Assembly: GCA_002269645.1 (NCBI GenBank) | Contig: NIVC01001257.1 | Coordinates: forward strand, 62,001-126,000 | Origin: Macrostomum lignano | Lineage: Eukaryota | DNA length: 64,000 bases | Direction of reading: 5' to 3' | In this document: in pieces, positions 36,253 through 47,990 of the stretch | Layout of the letters: each line of letters begins with the position of its first letter | Numbering within the stretch: the stretch's first letter is position 1 | The notes under the pieces: generated by a model | Seen by the model: only the letters and a program-made list of their open reading frames with translations | Databases searched by the model: none | What the model was told of the DNA's origin: nothing | Translations under genes and position numbers: made by a program

Positions 36253-37653
36253 ATGGTCCTGGCTTGGTTTAGACAACACTTGCGCACTATTGTGCTTCTG
36301 CTGACTCCACTGCTACTACTGCCTCTGCTGCTGGTTATTGGCACTATGGTGAGCTAACCACAACCCCGCTGCTGAACCCTAAACCATTGGTGCAACCTCC
36401 CAGATCCGCAGCTTTAGGCCTTCACTACTGCAACCTCTCAGATCCACAGGCTTAGGCCCTCACTGCAACCTCCAAGATTCTTAGGCTTAGGCCCTCACTG
36501 CAACCTTCCAGCTCCTCAGGCTTAGGCCCTCACTGCAACCTTCCAGCTCCTCAGGCTTAGGCCCTCACTGCAACCTCCAAGATTCTTAGGCTTAGGCCCT
36601 CACTGCAACCTTCCAGCTCCTCAGGCTTAGGCCCTCACTGCAACCTCCAAGATTCTTAGGCTTAGGCCCTCACTGCAACCTTCCAGCTCCTCAGGCTTAG
36701 GCCCTCACTGCAACCTCCCAGATCCTTAGGCTTACGCCCTCAGTGCAACCTACCAGAGCCACAAGTCTAGGCCCTAATCTCCCAGATCCTTAGGCTTACG
36801 CCCTCAGTGCAACCTACCAGAGCCACAAGTCTAGGCCCTAATCTCCCAGATCCTTAGGCTTACGCCCTCAGTGCAACCTACCAGAGCCACAAGTCTAGGC
36901 CCTAATCTCCCAGATCCTCAGGTTTAGGCCCTGGCTGGGGTTGAGCAATTCACTCTATGCTTGCCGATCCAGGACTTGTTTATTCGCGTCGGGGTACCAG
37001 GCTAAGTAGCACGCATGCATATAGTGATAAATGTTGCCTTGTACTCTCTAGTGCTGAAATGGACTCAGTTATAGTGCACACAAATGCAGCCCACAACTTC
37101 TTACACAAATTTAGCATATGTACATCACTCGGGTCTGATAAGATATTAACAAATTAAGTCCATTTCTGTGTGTTTTGTACCTTCTGACTTTTTACTCTTA
37201 GTCCGATCGTAGGAAAGAGAACAAACGCAATGGATACGTTTTCACTCTTTGCGGTACATTGCACCTGTTCGGCTCTGGAGTTTGCGGCTCATGACTGACA
37301 CTCATGATTTTCTCATTAATTTATGAAATTATTTCAAATTAACACGCAGGAGGCCAGGGCGGGTTACATTTTGGTGCTGATGTCTGTCTACTGGATATTC
37401 GAAGTCATACCGCTGGGCATCACGGCGCTTTTCCCTGTGGTGCTGGTGCCGCTGTTCGGCATTCTGCCAAGTGCCGTTATTTGTCCAGCGTATTTTAAGG
37501 TGAAATGTTCTTGACTGTCTTTTTGTAAATTTCGCAATTGACTTCAAGTCTTACCCTTCTGGCTGAATAGCTTTTAACACCTCAGACTTGAGTCAGATAA
37601 AGCTGACAGAAAGACAGACAGATGGACAGACAGACAGACAGACAGACAGACGA

Positions 37654-37694
<41 letters not shown>

Positions 37695-37709
37695 TGGACA
37701 GACAGACAA

Positions 37710-37744
<35 letters not shown>

Positions 37745-37764
37745 GACAGACAGACGGACGGATG

Positions 37765-37801
<37 letters not shown>

Positions 37802-40800
37802 CATACATGTACATGCTCTATTAGTGTTTCATCGCGTCACAGTTGAGTCATATTCTGATGGTGAATCGTTGGCTCAAAGGCTTAATGCAGTTAATCAGCT
37901 ACATGTAAATCATAAAATTCCCAAATCATTGAGTGCGACGTAAAAGTCTACAGAATATCCCACTTAACAGAGTCATTCACACTGTCTACCCGTTGCTACC
38001 AAAAAATAAGTACTCAAAATTCGCCTACCAACTCCCAGGACTCCAACATGCTATTTCTGGGAGGCCTAACCATGGCCGTGTCAATTGAGGTGTGGGACCT
38101 GCACAAGAGAATCGCGCTGCGGGTCCTGCTGCTCTTTGGCGTGCAGCCGAGATGGTGAGGGATCAAGCTGGATTGAGCTGGATAGATGTGAATTGAGCTG
38201 GATAGATGTGGATTGAGCTGGATAGATGTGGATTGAGTTGGATAGATGTGGATTAAGTTGGATAGATTTGGATTGAGTTGGATAGATGTGGATTGAGTTG
38301 GATAGATGTGGATTGAGTTGGATAGATTTGGATTGAGTTGGATAGATGTGGATTAAGCCGGATAGATGTGGATTAAGCTGGATAGATGTGGATTAAGCTG
38401 TATAGATGTGGAGTGAGCTGGATGGATGTGGATTGAGTTGGATAGATGTGGATTGAGTTGGATAGATGTGGATTAAGCTGGATAGATGTGGAGTGAGCTG
38501 GATAGATGTGGAGTGAGCTGGATAGATGTGGATTAAGCTGGATAGATGTGGATTAAGCTGGATAGATTTGGATTGAGCTGGATAGATGTGGAGTGAGCTG
38601 GATAGATAGTAATCAAGATAAAGCTGGTGGCCCGGATGCCGTTAAACAATCAATATTACTGAGCTTTTAGTCCTCAGGATCCCCATGACAACCCCAGGCT
38701 GCTGTTCGGTTTCCTGGTGCCCACCTGGCTGCTGTCGATGTTCATCTCCAACACGGCCACCACAGCCATGATGATCCCCATCGCCGAGGCCGTGCTGGAA
38801 GAGCTGAAAAAGCATTTCGAGCCGGATTCGCTCCTCGACGAGTCTTCGGCAGTGACGGTGGAAGGACAGGAAGGATTCAGTCACGCCCCGTCATCCTCGC
38901 AACTGCTGACCGTTGCCACGGAGACATCGGTGAGTTTGGGGAAGATTTTCTGGAATTCGGATTTGGAATATTTTTAGGAAGAATCTTTTTGTTGGGTATT
39001 CTTTTCGGGAGAATATTTTAGGATTGGGGTATTCTTTTTGGTGGAATCTTTTAGGATTGGGGTATTTTTTTCGAGGGATTTTTTTAGGATTGAGGTATTC
39101 TTCGTGGGAATCGACTTTTAGGATTTGGGTATTCTTGTCGGAGGAATTTTTTTGTATTGGGATATTATTTTGTAGGGAATCTTTTTTATTTTTATATTAT
39201 TTTCGGAGGAATTTTGGGATTAGGCTATTTTCTAGTATAATTTTTCAGGCAGAAATATTAAAATTGCAATTTAAAAAAATCATTGCGATATTTCAGGTGG
39301 ACCTAGCCAATGATTCAGCCATAGAATCTGCGGTAGTTTCCGTGACAGATTCCGGGGCAGTTTCCGCGGCAGAGTCGGTCTCTGAGGAGGCGGCGGAGGC
39401 GGCCAGGGTGGAGGTCAGCATGCGGGATTTCGTGGCCGACCCGAGGAATCAGGAATTTCGCGGCATCTGCAAAATGATGATGATGTCGCTCGCCTACGGA
39501 GCCGTGTTTGGCGGGGTTGCCACGGTAACGGGCACGTCGCCAAACGTCATCTTCAACGGCATAGTTCAGGAGAACTTCGGCTCGGAGACCAGCTTCAACT
39601 ACAGCAGCTGGCTGTTCTACGCTTTCCCGTTCTCCGTAGTGTGCCTGCTGCTGAGCTGGCTGTGGCTGCAGATCAGCTTCCTGGGGCTGCGGAGCCTGGC
39701 GCGGCCAAGGAAGCTGAAACCTCAGGATGAGGAGCGGATCACGGCGGCTCTGCGAAGAGAATATGAGAAGCTGGGACCAGTGTCGTGAGCTGTTTTGCAG
39801 TACTTGCTGGTTTTTGCGGCTGAATCTGATGTCAGTGATGCTGAATCTGATGTCAGTGATGCTGAATCTGATGTCCGTGATGCTGAATCTGATGTCAGTG
39901 GTGCTGAATCTGATGTCAGTGATGCTGAATCTGATGTCAGTGATGCTGAATCTGATGTCAGTGATGCTGAATCTGATGTCAGTGATGCTGAATCTGATGT
40001 CAGTGATGCTGAATCTGATGTCCGTGATGCTGAATCTGATGTCAGTGATGCTGAATCTGATGTCAGTGATGCTGAATCGGATGTCTGTGATGCTGAATCT
40101 GATGTCAGTGATGCTGAATCTGATGTCAGTGATGCTGAATCTGATGTCAGTGATGCTGAATCTGATGTCAGTGATGCTGAATCTGATGTCAGTGATGCTG
40201 AATCTGATGTCAGTGATGCTGAATCTGATGTCAGTGATGCTGAATCTGATGTCTGTGATGTTGAATCTGATGTCAGTGATGCTGAATCTGATGTCAGTGA
40301 TGCTGAAGCTGATGTCAGTGATGCTGAATCTGATGTCATTGATGCTGAATCTGATGTCAGTGATGCTGAATCGGATGTCAGTGATGCTGAATCTGATGTC
40401 AGTGATGCTGAATCTGATGTCTGTGATGTTGAATCTGATGTCAGTGATGCTGAATCTGATGTCAGTGATGCTGAATCTGATGTCAGTGATGCTGAATCTG
40501 ATGTCATTGATGCTGAATTCCGCATCCCAACCAACCTCCGGCCCTTTATCAGCTTCGCCGAAGTGCAGTGCATCATTGTATTCCTCTGCACAATAGTTCT
40601 GTGGATTTCGCGCGAGCCCGGCGTCCCTGGATGGATTTCTCTATTCAAGGAGGTCGACCCGAAGACCGGAGAGACGGTCACCTACATGAGCGACGCCCAG
40701 CCGGCCATTGTCGCTTCGATTCTTCTGTTCGCCCTGCCGTCGAGCAACCCGTTCGCCGGCTGTTTGGGCCGGAAGTCTTCGCCTGAGACGCAACTGACCG

Positions 40801-43463
40801 CAGACTCGGTGTCATCTGGGACCGTTGAATTCAATCTGGCCAAAGCTGAGCGGCCGTCCCGGCTGCTGACTTGGCGAGTTGTGCAGCAGAAAGTGTCCTG
40901 GCAGATTGTCCTGCTGCTTGGCGGCGGCCTCGCCCTGGCTGAGACTTCTCGGGTCAGTCAGGGACCGGCGTGATGGTGCTGGGAGGGTCGGGAGGTTGGA
41001 TAGGAGCGAGGAGCAAGACAGATGAGATTGGGCAAGGTGTGAGATAGATGGACAATGTTAGAGATGACGTAATCGAAGCGACACATTTTTGGGTAAATTG
41101 CGAGAAGCGTCAATCGATGAGAAGAGTCTGTTTATCATGCACTATTAAGTATTATTTTGACAGTTGAACTAACCATCCTCCCAACAACAGGAGTCGGGCC
41201 TCTCAGAATGGATCAGTCTGCAGCTCGACGTGCTTCAGTCGTTGCCTCTGCAAGCCCTAGTCTTTATTGTCTGCATATTCTCAGCTATTACAACGGAGCT
41301 CACGTCCAACAGCACCACGGCAACGATCGTTCTGCCAATTTTGGCCAAATTTGTAAGTTCGCTGCTGCGTTTCTGATTTTTTATCCTCGCCAGATTACTA
41401 TTGGGGTACTTTCGTACAATACTTTTTGTATAGGTGGACTAGCCCTCTGCCCCCCCCCTTGGGGGGCTTAGCTGAGCCAAGAAAATTAGAAAAGTGACTT
41501 GGACATGCAGATATCAATAGGTTCAGTCATATAGAATATTTAAATAATCTGAAGAAGTCGATTCTGAGTGAATTGCCTCCACTCGAATTCATTCGTTGAT
41601 CCTCTCAATCCAACCCGCAGTCCGAGCGAATGCAGTTGCACCCGTTCTTCCTGATGCTGCCAAGCGCGGCCTCGTGTTCGTTCGCTTTCAACCTGCCGAT
41701 CTCTACACCCTCCAATATCATGGTTTACTCGCGCGGCTTTCTCACAGTAGCCGACATGGTGAGTATATATAGTCAGAATTCCAGTTGCAAGTCGAATATA
41801 AGTCGATTCCGGCCCAATTTCGGAAGACAGAGACTCGAAGACAGAAACTTAGTCATCTATCTTTTCAATCTTAATTTTCGCAAAAGTGACTTCCATTTTT
41901 GGCTGCCCATTAGAGCAAGCTGACGCCTGCAGACAAAATGTCTCTGGTCAACTGTGGTAGAATCGATTAAAGCGTGCTGAGAGTTGCTGACGCCTGCAGA
42001 CAAAATGTCTCTGGTCAACTGTGGTAGAATCGATTAAAGCGTGCTGAGAGTTGACGCCTGCAGACAAAATGTCTCTGGTCAACTGTGGTAGAATCGATTA
42101 AAGCGTGCTGAGAGTTGACGCCTGCAGACAAAATGTCTCTGGTCAACTGTGGTAGAATCGATTAAAGCGTGCTGAGAGTTGACGCCTGCAGACAAAATGT
42201 CTCTGGTCAACTGTGGTAGAATCGATTAAAGCGTGCTGAGAGTTGACGCCTGCATGCAAAATGTCTCTGGTCAACTGTGGTAGAATCGATTAAAGCGTGC
42301 TGAGAGCTGCTGACGCCTGCAGACAAAATGTCTCTGGTCAACTGTGGTAGAATCGATTAAAGCGTGCTGAGAGCTGCTAACGCCTGCAGACAAAATGTCT
42401 CTGGTCAACTGTGGTAGAATCGATTAAAGCGTGCTGAGAGTTGCTGACGCCTGCAGACAAAATGTCTCTGGTCAACTGTGGTAGAATCGATTAAAGCGTG
42501 CTGAGAGCTGCTAACGCCTGCAGACAAAATGTCTCTGGTCAACTGTGGTAGAATCGATTAAAGCGTGGTGAGAGTTGACGCCTGCATGCAAAATGTCTCT
42601 GGTCAACTGTGGTAGAATCGATTAAAGCGTGCTGAGAGTTGCTGACGCCTGCAGACAAAATGTCTCTGGTCAACTGTGGTAGAATCGATTAAAGCGTGCT
42701 GAGAGCTGCTAACGCCTGCAGACAAAATGTCTCTGGTCAACTGTGGTAGAATCGATTAAAGCGTGCTGAGAGTTGCTGACGCCTGCAGGCAAAATGTCTC
42801 TGGTCAATGTGGTATAGAATCTGTTAAAGCGTGGATTCTACTTTGGCTAAAGAGAGCGAATTTGACAGCACAATAAACTGAATGGCAATTATATATATAT
42901 TACTTAAACAAACGAACAAAAAGCACAAAGCACTGTCGCTGTCACTGTCAACTGTTGAAGTCACTGAAAACCATGCAGCAGCGATCAATGCCATTGTAAT
43001 TGAGGCAGTCAACATTGTTGACGTAAATTTTGGCTTTACGTCTCCTCCTTGTTGCCTCGACACAACACGATTTCAGTGACAAATCTGTAAATAACCGGGG
43101 TCAGTCGTGATTCCCTTTATGTCGAGGTCCTTCGCCAGTTGTTTCCAGTCTCTTCCTTATTGAAAATTCTGCATCAGTCGTTCTCGATCATGCAGCGGTA
43201 TTCGGCATAACGTTCGCTTGTGTTGCTAAAATTGAAGTCACTTTTGCCAAAGTCACGATGGAGAAGGTATGTACAAAAGTACACTTTTGTACATACCTTC
43301 AAATAATTTCGAACCATTACAGGTGAAAACCGGTTTCGTCATGACACTGGTATCCAACGTCATTGTCGGCGTGGCAACTCTGAGCTATGCCCCTGCGATA
43401 TTCAACCTGTACGAATACCCGAGCTGGGCCAGAAATACCAGCGCCACGGCTACTGTGTTGTAA
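36253..43463 (+). CDS. SLC13/DASS Na+-coupled di/tricarboxylate (or sulfate) cotransporter, Indy-like, 9 exons, ~640 aa
   Basis: Exons 36253-36348, 37350-37499, 38039-38154, 38698-38929, 39297-39784, 40553-40952, 41191-41352, 41621-41758 and 43323-43463; all GT-AG with consistent phases. Motifs [71 protein letters not shown] and [12 protein letters not shown]. Confidence 0.95.
36400..36930. repeat. 35-bp minisatellite grading into a ~64-bp unit, SLC13 intron 1
   Basis: ggcttaggccctcactgcaaccttccagctcctca (36484, 36519 ...). Confidence 0.9.
37600..37802. repeat. (GACA)n microsatellite, SLC13 intron 2
   Basis: About 50 imperfect cagacaga units. Confidence 0.95.
38160..38608. repeat. 20-bp minisatellite, SLC13 intron 3
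   Basis: gattgagctggatagatgtg, about 22 copies, starting about 6 nt after the donor. Confidence 0.95.
39815..40518. repeat. 21-bp minisatellite, SLC13 intron 5
   Basis: gatgctgaatctgatgtcagt, about 33 copies. Confidence 0.95.
41920..42835. repeat. 59/62-bp minisatellite, SLC13 intron 8
   Basis: gacgcctgcagacaaaatgtctctggtcaactgtggtagaatcgattaaagcgtgctgagagtt(gct), about 15 copies. Confidence 0.95.
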
Positions 43464-43869
43464 AATATTTGTTTAAAAATGCATACTGTAAAATACATAC
43501 ATGTACCTCGTAGTCAACACGTATTCGATGACATTATATCGAGGAGATAATTTAATTCCATCTCTTTTTTTACAATTAACTTGCGTTAGAGTAGGAATCA
43601 ATACCCCTTCTGTTTATTTATTTTAGTATTTTGTTTGAATGTTCAATAAATAATAAAATTATACGAATACTATAATTTATTGTAGTCTGATTACATGCGA
43701 ATACTAAATAAAAAGTTTTAATGAGCTATTGTATCAGTAGTACATAACTGCCGAGTAAATTACAAAAAAAAGATCGTTTCTTTTTGTTATTGTTTGAAAG
43801 TCCCGTAGCTATACAACTCGCAGGAGTTGATGCTTAAATTCCTTAAACCACTGCGGGCAGTAAAATACT

Positions 43870-44140
43870 TACTTACCAGGAAGTTACACATTACCAGCGA
43901 TATGAATTCGACTATAATTGCGGTAATTGCTCGTCTCAGACGGACTTTTCTCAATTGAGAATGGTCTTCGAACTCTGGAGGTAACCGACTACGGTCCAAG
44001 CTTTCAGCAGGACGATCAGCAGAAACCACGAGCTAAATGAATAGTTTCAAGGCATTGGCAGCGGAGCATGTGTCAATACCATCCTGCACCCACGAAGCAA
44101 TGGATTGGTGGAGAGATTTGTGCGCACACGGTAAACATAG
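43870..44140 (+). pseudogene. Gypsy-type LTR retrotransposon integrase remnant
   Basis: Manual translation gives EVTDYGPSF (xSDNGPxF-like) and LHPRSNGLVERFVRT (HPxSNGxxERxxRT), with stops in between. Confidence 0.55.
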
Positions 44141-46035
44141 TGAGACATCATTCCAGAGGCTAATCGGTAGACCAATCCGCGTTCCGCTGAGCGGTTCAAG
44201 GAATGACAATTGACATCTGGACTGGAGAAGACCAGGTATATACACGGTCAGTTAAATGAAGACTGGAGAGGAATTGGCACTATATGTATTATATACCCAC
44301 AGGACAAAACACAGTGGTTTTGAGATCAGCTCTGATAGGTCACATGGTCACTCGGGTTTTATCCCAGGGGCAGAAATCCGAATGAGGCCAGAAAGAAGGA
44401 TCGATAAGCCAGTCGCCGAGGCTCGAAACTCATCAGGATCCAAGCAGTCAAGATGAACGGGCTGATGACCTTACGTGTACCACAGGAAATGCTGGAGAGC
44501 TGCCAATGGAGAATGCTGCTGGAGAACTAGCCAACCAGCAGGGACCAATTTAATGAAGCCCTGCTAACTTAGCAGCAGCTATCGACAGTTGGGAAGTTTT
44601 GGTTTCATGTCTAAATCAAGATGGCACTGCAAGAGGTTTGTGCCATAAACAAACATCTATGCTCATAAACAATAATCTATCAAAGATTCATCGTTGATAG
44701 CTCAGAAGGCTCATGCGTATCCCGGAGTACGTGATAGAAACTGTTGGTTGCATAGAACCGCAACGCGCGGTCAGTGCTTGCTCACGACTTCCACTTCTCG
44801 GGGCGTTGTGTATTCCAACTGCGGGCCAATATACGATCCACCAGAAAATCAAACGTTTCTGGATTTATTCGGATTCTATAACCGCCTCTCGAGAGGAAGT
44901 TATAAAGTTGCGTCCGTTTAGCTGCTACGCTCATGAAACCGCTAGCTAGCAGTTAAGCAGTCTGCTAAAAACCAAGCCTTTTGACCATAGATATCGCTCA
45001 GAAACCCCTCTCATCGGACTGCTATTATAGTTTTAATAATGTCCTTAAGTCGTATTTTATTAAAAGATATTATAGTTTTTGAACTTTCAAAATCTCACTG
45101 GAGTTCCTACTTAAGAACAACCAATTTTTTTATTAACAACCCTGGTACCTTTCATTGTGCCCTTTTGCGGTAATTTAAAAACTTGTTCTGTAAGACTTGC
45201 ACTTTGTCAAGATGTTAATCAAATGCAATTCTGACTTTATATTTCAAGGTTTCGAGTCCAACTTCTCCGCTTTGAACATGGAACATGGTCTGATGCGAGA
45301 GTGCTTTTTAAATTGGGGTGCACTTTCGGAAATTACAACAAAATACATTATTGATAATAGGCCTATACAATAACAATCCTAACCCCCAACTAAACAAAAA
45401 TGCATCCATACAAAATTCAATGATGAGATTTGCTACAGTTCTCATACTTTTTAATTCGATTTTTTGATCTGACTTCATTCGTAATCAATTAAAGCAATAT
45501 TTTGTAATTTACCTTGACTAATTTAATTTTAACAATTATTTCTAGCAACAAAAAATTAAATTATAAATACAAAGCCCATACTGGCTAAACAGGCTGCTGC
45601 TTGCCTGAGCCAAATTACACTACATTACACTACACTATACTTTGTTGAATACATTGATACACTATATGCACATGCACTATATTATGATGTTACCATTTTA
45701 ACATCATAATATGTATCATTTTTATAATGCTTGCTTCCTATCCATTTACATATTAGAATCATCATGTGTATGTATGCTATGTGTTAATATGTACAATATG
45801 TGTACACAGATTAAACTAGAATAATCATGATATTTATATAGAATGCATGCATTATTGTCACATTATAATACCCATTCAGTTTTGCATAGTATTAGTTTTT
45901 ATGCTAGGGCTAAACTTCTCTCTGTTGAAATATCCCACTGCTGCTGCAACCAAAGTTGTTACGGAACTCAGTTCTGTCTTCTAAATGCCATTGACTAAAG
46001 TTGAAATAGATGTTTTCTTATTTATTTAAATGATA

Positions 46036-46147
46036 GGCTATCCTGTAGTTTCGCACGTTAAATTATTTTATGGAATTATTTCGCCCTCTATTCAAGGGTG
46101 GTGGGGGGTGGGGGTTATAATTAAACGTGCGAAACTACAGGATAGCC
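46036..46147. mobile_element. 112-bp MITE with 24-bp perfect TIRs and 8-bp TSD
   Basis: TIR GGCTATCCTGTAGTTTCGCACGTT at 46036-46059 and its reverse complement ending at 46147. AAATGATA lies on both sides (46028-46035 and 46148-46155). Confidence 0.9.
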
Positions 46148-46456
46148 AAATGATATTATATTGACACTGCTAATTTGTTTAACTATTTTTAGAATCAGTT
46201 AATAAAGATTACTTAGTATATTTATGAGTAGTGACAATAGTGTTTCATGTATTATCTGGTAACATTTAATGTATAGTTCTAGTAGCATCTAATATATAGG
46301 CCCCTAAGTCTAGTAGCATCTTAATGTATTTGATAGCCTAAGTGGTCTTTATTGGCATATATACTTTTCCAATCTGGGTGTTATCAAGATCAGTAGGTCA
46401 TAGCACAACTAGGCCTAATGCTGCCTTCTGCCTAGAAAGTGCATACTAGTAAGCAA

Positions 46457-47990
46457 CAACAACAACAACAACAAAATACGCTGTCATGATGGTAAAAGTC
46501 AGCGTCACAGGGCGCGCTTCATGGCTTGGGCGCGAACAAAGGCCGCGCCACCGGCAGTGTCCGGGGCGCCGGCGTCAGCCAGCAGACAGTCGACATAACG
46601 CCGAGTTCGCGCTTGACCTCGCCGGTAGGGTGCCTGCAGCGTGAGCAGCAGCACCTCCTGCACCGGCTGTGGGCAGTACGACTCGGCGCGGATGAGATGG
46701 CCTGCGAGCTGGAGTCGCCGACGGCGCAGTAGATCACTTGGACGTGGCAGGCCAGCGCGGCGATAGAGTGCCGCGTTGGTGACTCGCTCGACGCCGATGT
46801 TGAAGGCGGCGCGCAGCAGACCAGCGTGCGCCGCATCGACTTGCTGTTCGAGTGAGTCCGTCAGCGTCCAGGTCTCGGCGTTGTACAGCAGGACGGTCTC
46901 GATTACCGCCTGGAACAGCGCCGCCCTCTGGCGGTCCGGTAGGGCCTCGGACTGCAGGACTGCCCTCACAGAACGAAAGGCAGCCCAGGCAAGCCCGCGG
47001 CGGCGTCGCAGGTCCTCGCGAGCGTCTGGAACCAGACCGCCGAGGTAGACGAACTGCTGACATCGCGGGAGTTCGGTCGCCTGCCCGTCAGCGCCTCGGC
47101 AAAATATTGCAGCCTCGATGTCGTCCGGCACGCAGAGCACAACGGTCTTCTGCGTGTTGACCACCAGGCCGACACTCGCCGCAACGGCAACCAGCCTGTC
47201 CAGCTGCCGTTGGGCGCCCTCGACGGTCGAGGACAGCAGGGCGAGGTCGTCGGCGTAGCCAAGCACGCTGAGCCGCTTCTCCGGTTGACGTCGACCCACG
47301 CGTCGCTGCAGCAGAAAACCGTCGTCGTCGGTAGGAAGAGCAGTCCGCAGCACCCAGTCAAGCACCAGGACGAACAGAAACGGCGCCAGCGTATCTCCCT
47401 GAAGCACTCCGGAGGATGTCTCAAAGGAGTCCGATAGGCCGTCCGGTGTTGTCACAGCAGCTGTCGTATCACGGTACATCGCCATGACGGCGGAGATCAG
47501 CTGCTCAGGCACGTTGTACGCGCGGAGCACCATTGGAAGCACGGCTCTGACAACCGAGTCGAATGCCTTCTTGAAATCAATAAAGATTAGAATCAGTATC
47601 GACTGACGAATCCGCGCCTCCTCGATGACTCGGCGAAGAGCCAGGATCTGCGCCACTGTGCCGCGATGGGGCCGGAACCCGTTCTGCTCTGGGCGCAGGT
47701 ACGGATCCAGCACGGGCTGCAACCGCGAAAGCAGCATCCGGTTGAACAGCTTCGCTGCACAGGACTGAAGGCAGATGCCTCGATGGTCTTCAAGCCTAGT
47801 GGTGCCCGGCTTCTTTGGAACAGCGACGATGTGCGCCGTGGTCCATTCGTTGGGCGCCGCCTCACCGAAGAGCACGCGGTTCATCACTCTGGCGACCTCA
47901 GCGGCCACACAGGGGATGCGCAGCGCCTCGATGGGCACCTCGTCCGGACCCAGCGCTTTCCCGCCCGGTGACTGCTGGGCGAGCTTGACA
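46457..47990 (-). mobile_element. 5'-truncated RTE-like LINE with uninterrupted RT ORF
   Basis: ORF 46505-47938+ (IVAVPKKPG, HRGICLQS, QNGFRPHR, FIDFKKAFDSV, GVLQGDTLAPFLF, YADDLAL, FVYLG, LLYNAETW). (TTG)n 3' tail. AGTAAGCAA TSD at 46448-46456 and 47991-47999. Confidence 0.95.

Noticed and set aside
37574-37846. ORFs such as LSVCLSVC / TDRQTDRQ
   Set aside because: They are translations of the (GACA)n microsatellite.
39795-40973. 392-aa ORF with (AESDVSD)n fused in frame to SLC13 exon 6, suggesting an acidic-insert isoform
   Set aside because: Intron 5 is 768 bp and in frame, but retention meets TGA at 39786-39788 within the donor. Skipping it would need a 16-nt intron (gtgagc...ttgcag), too short for normal splicing.
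44694-44949. Short ORFs faintly like a Gypsy integrase zinc-binding region
   Set aside because: The motif match is weak and lies on the wrong side of the integrase core remnant.
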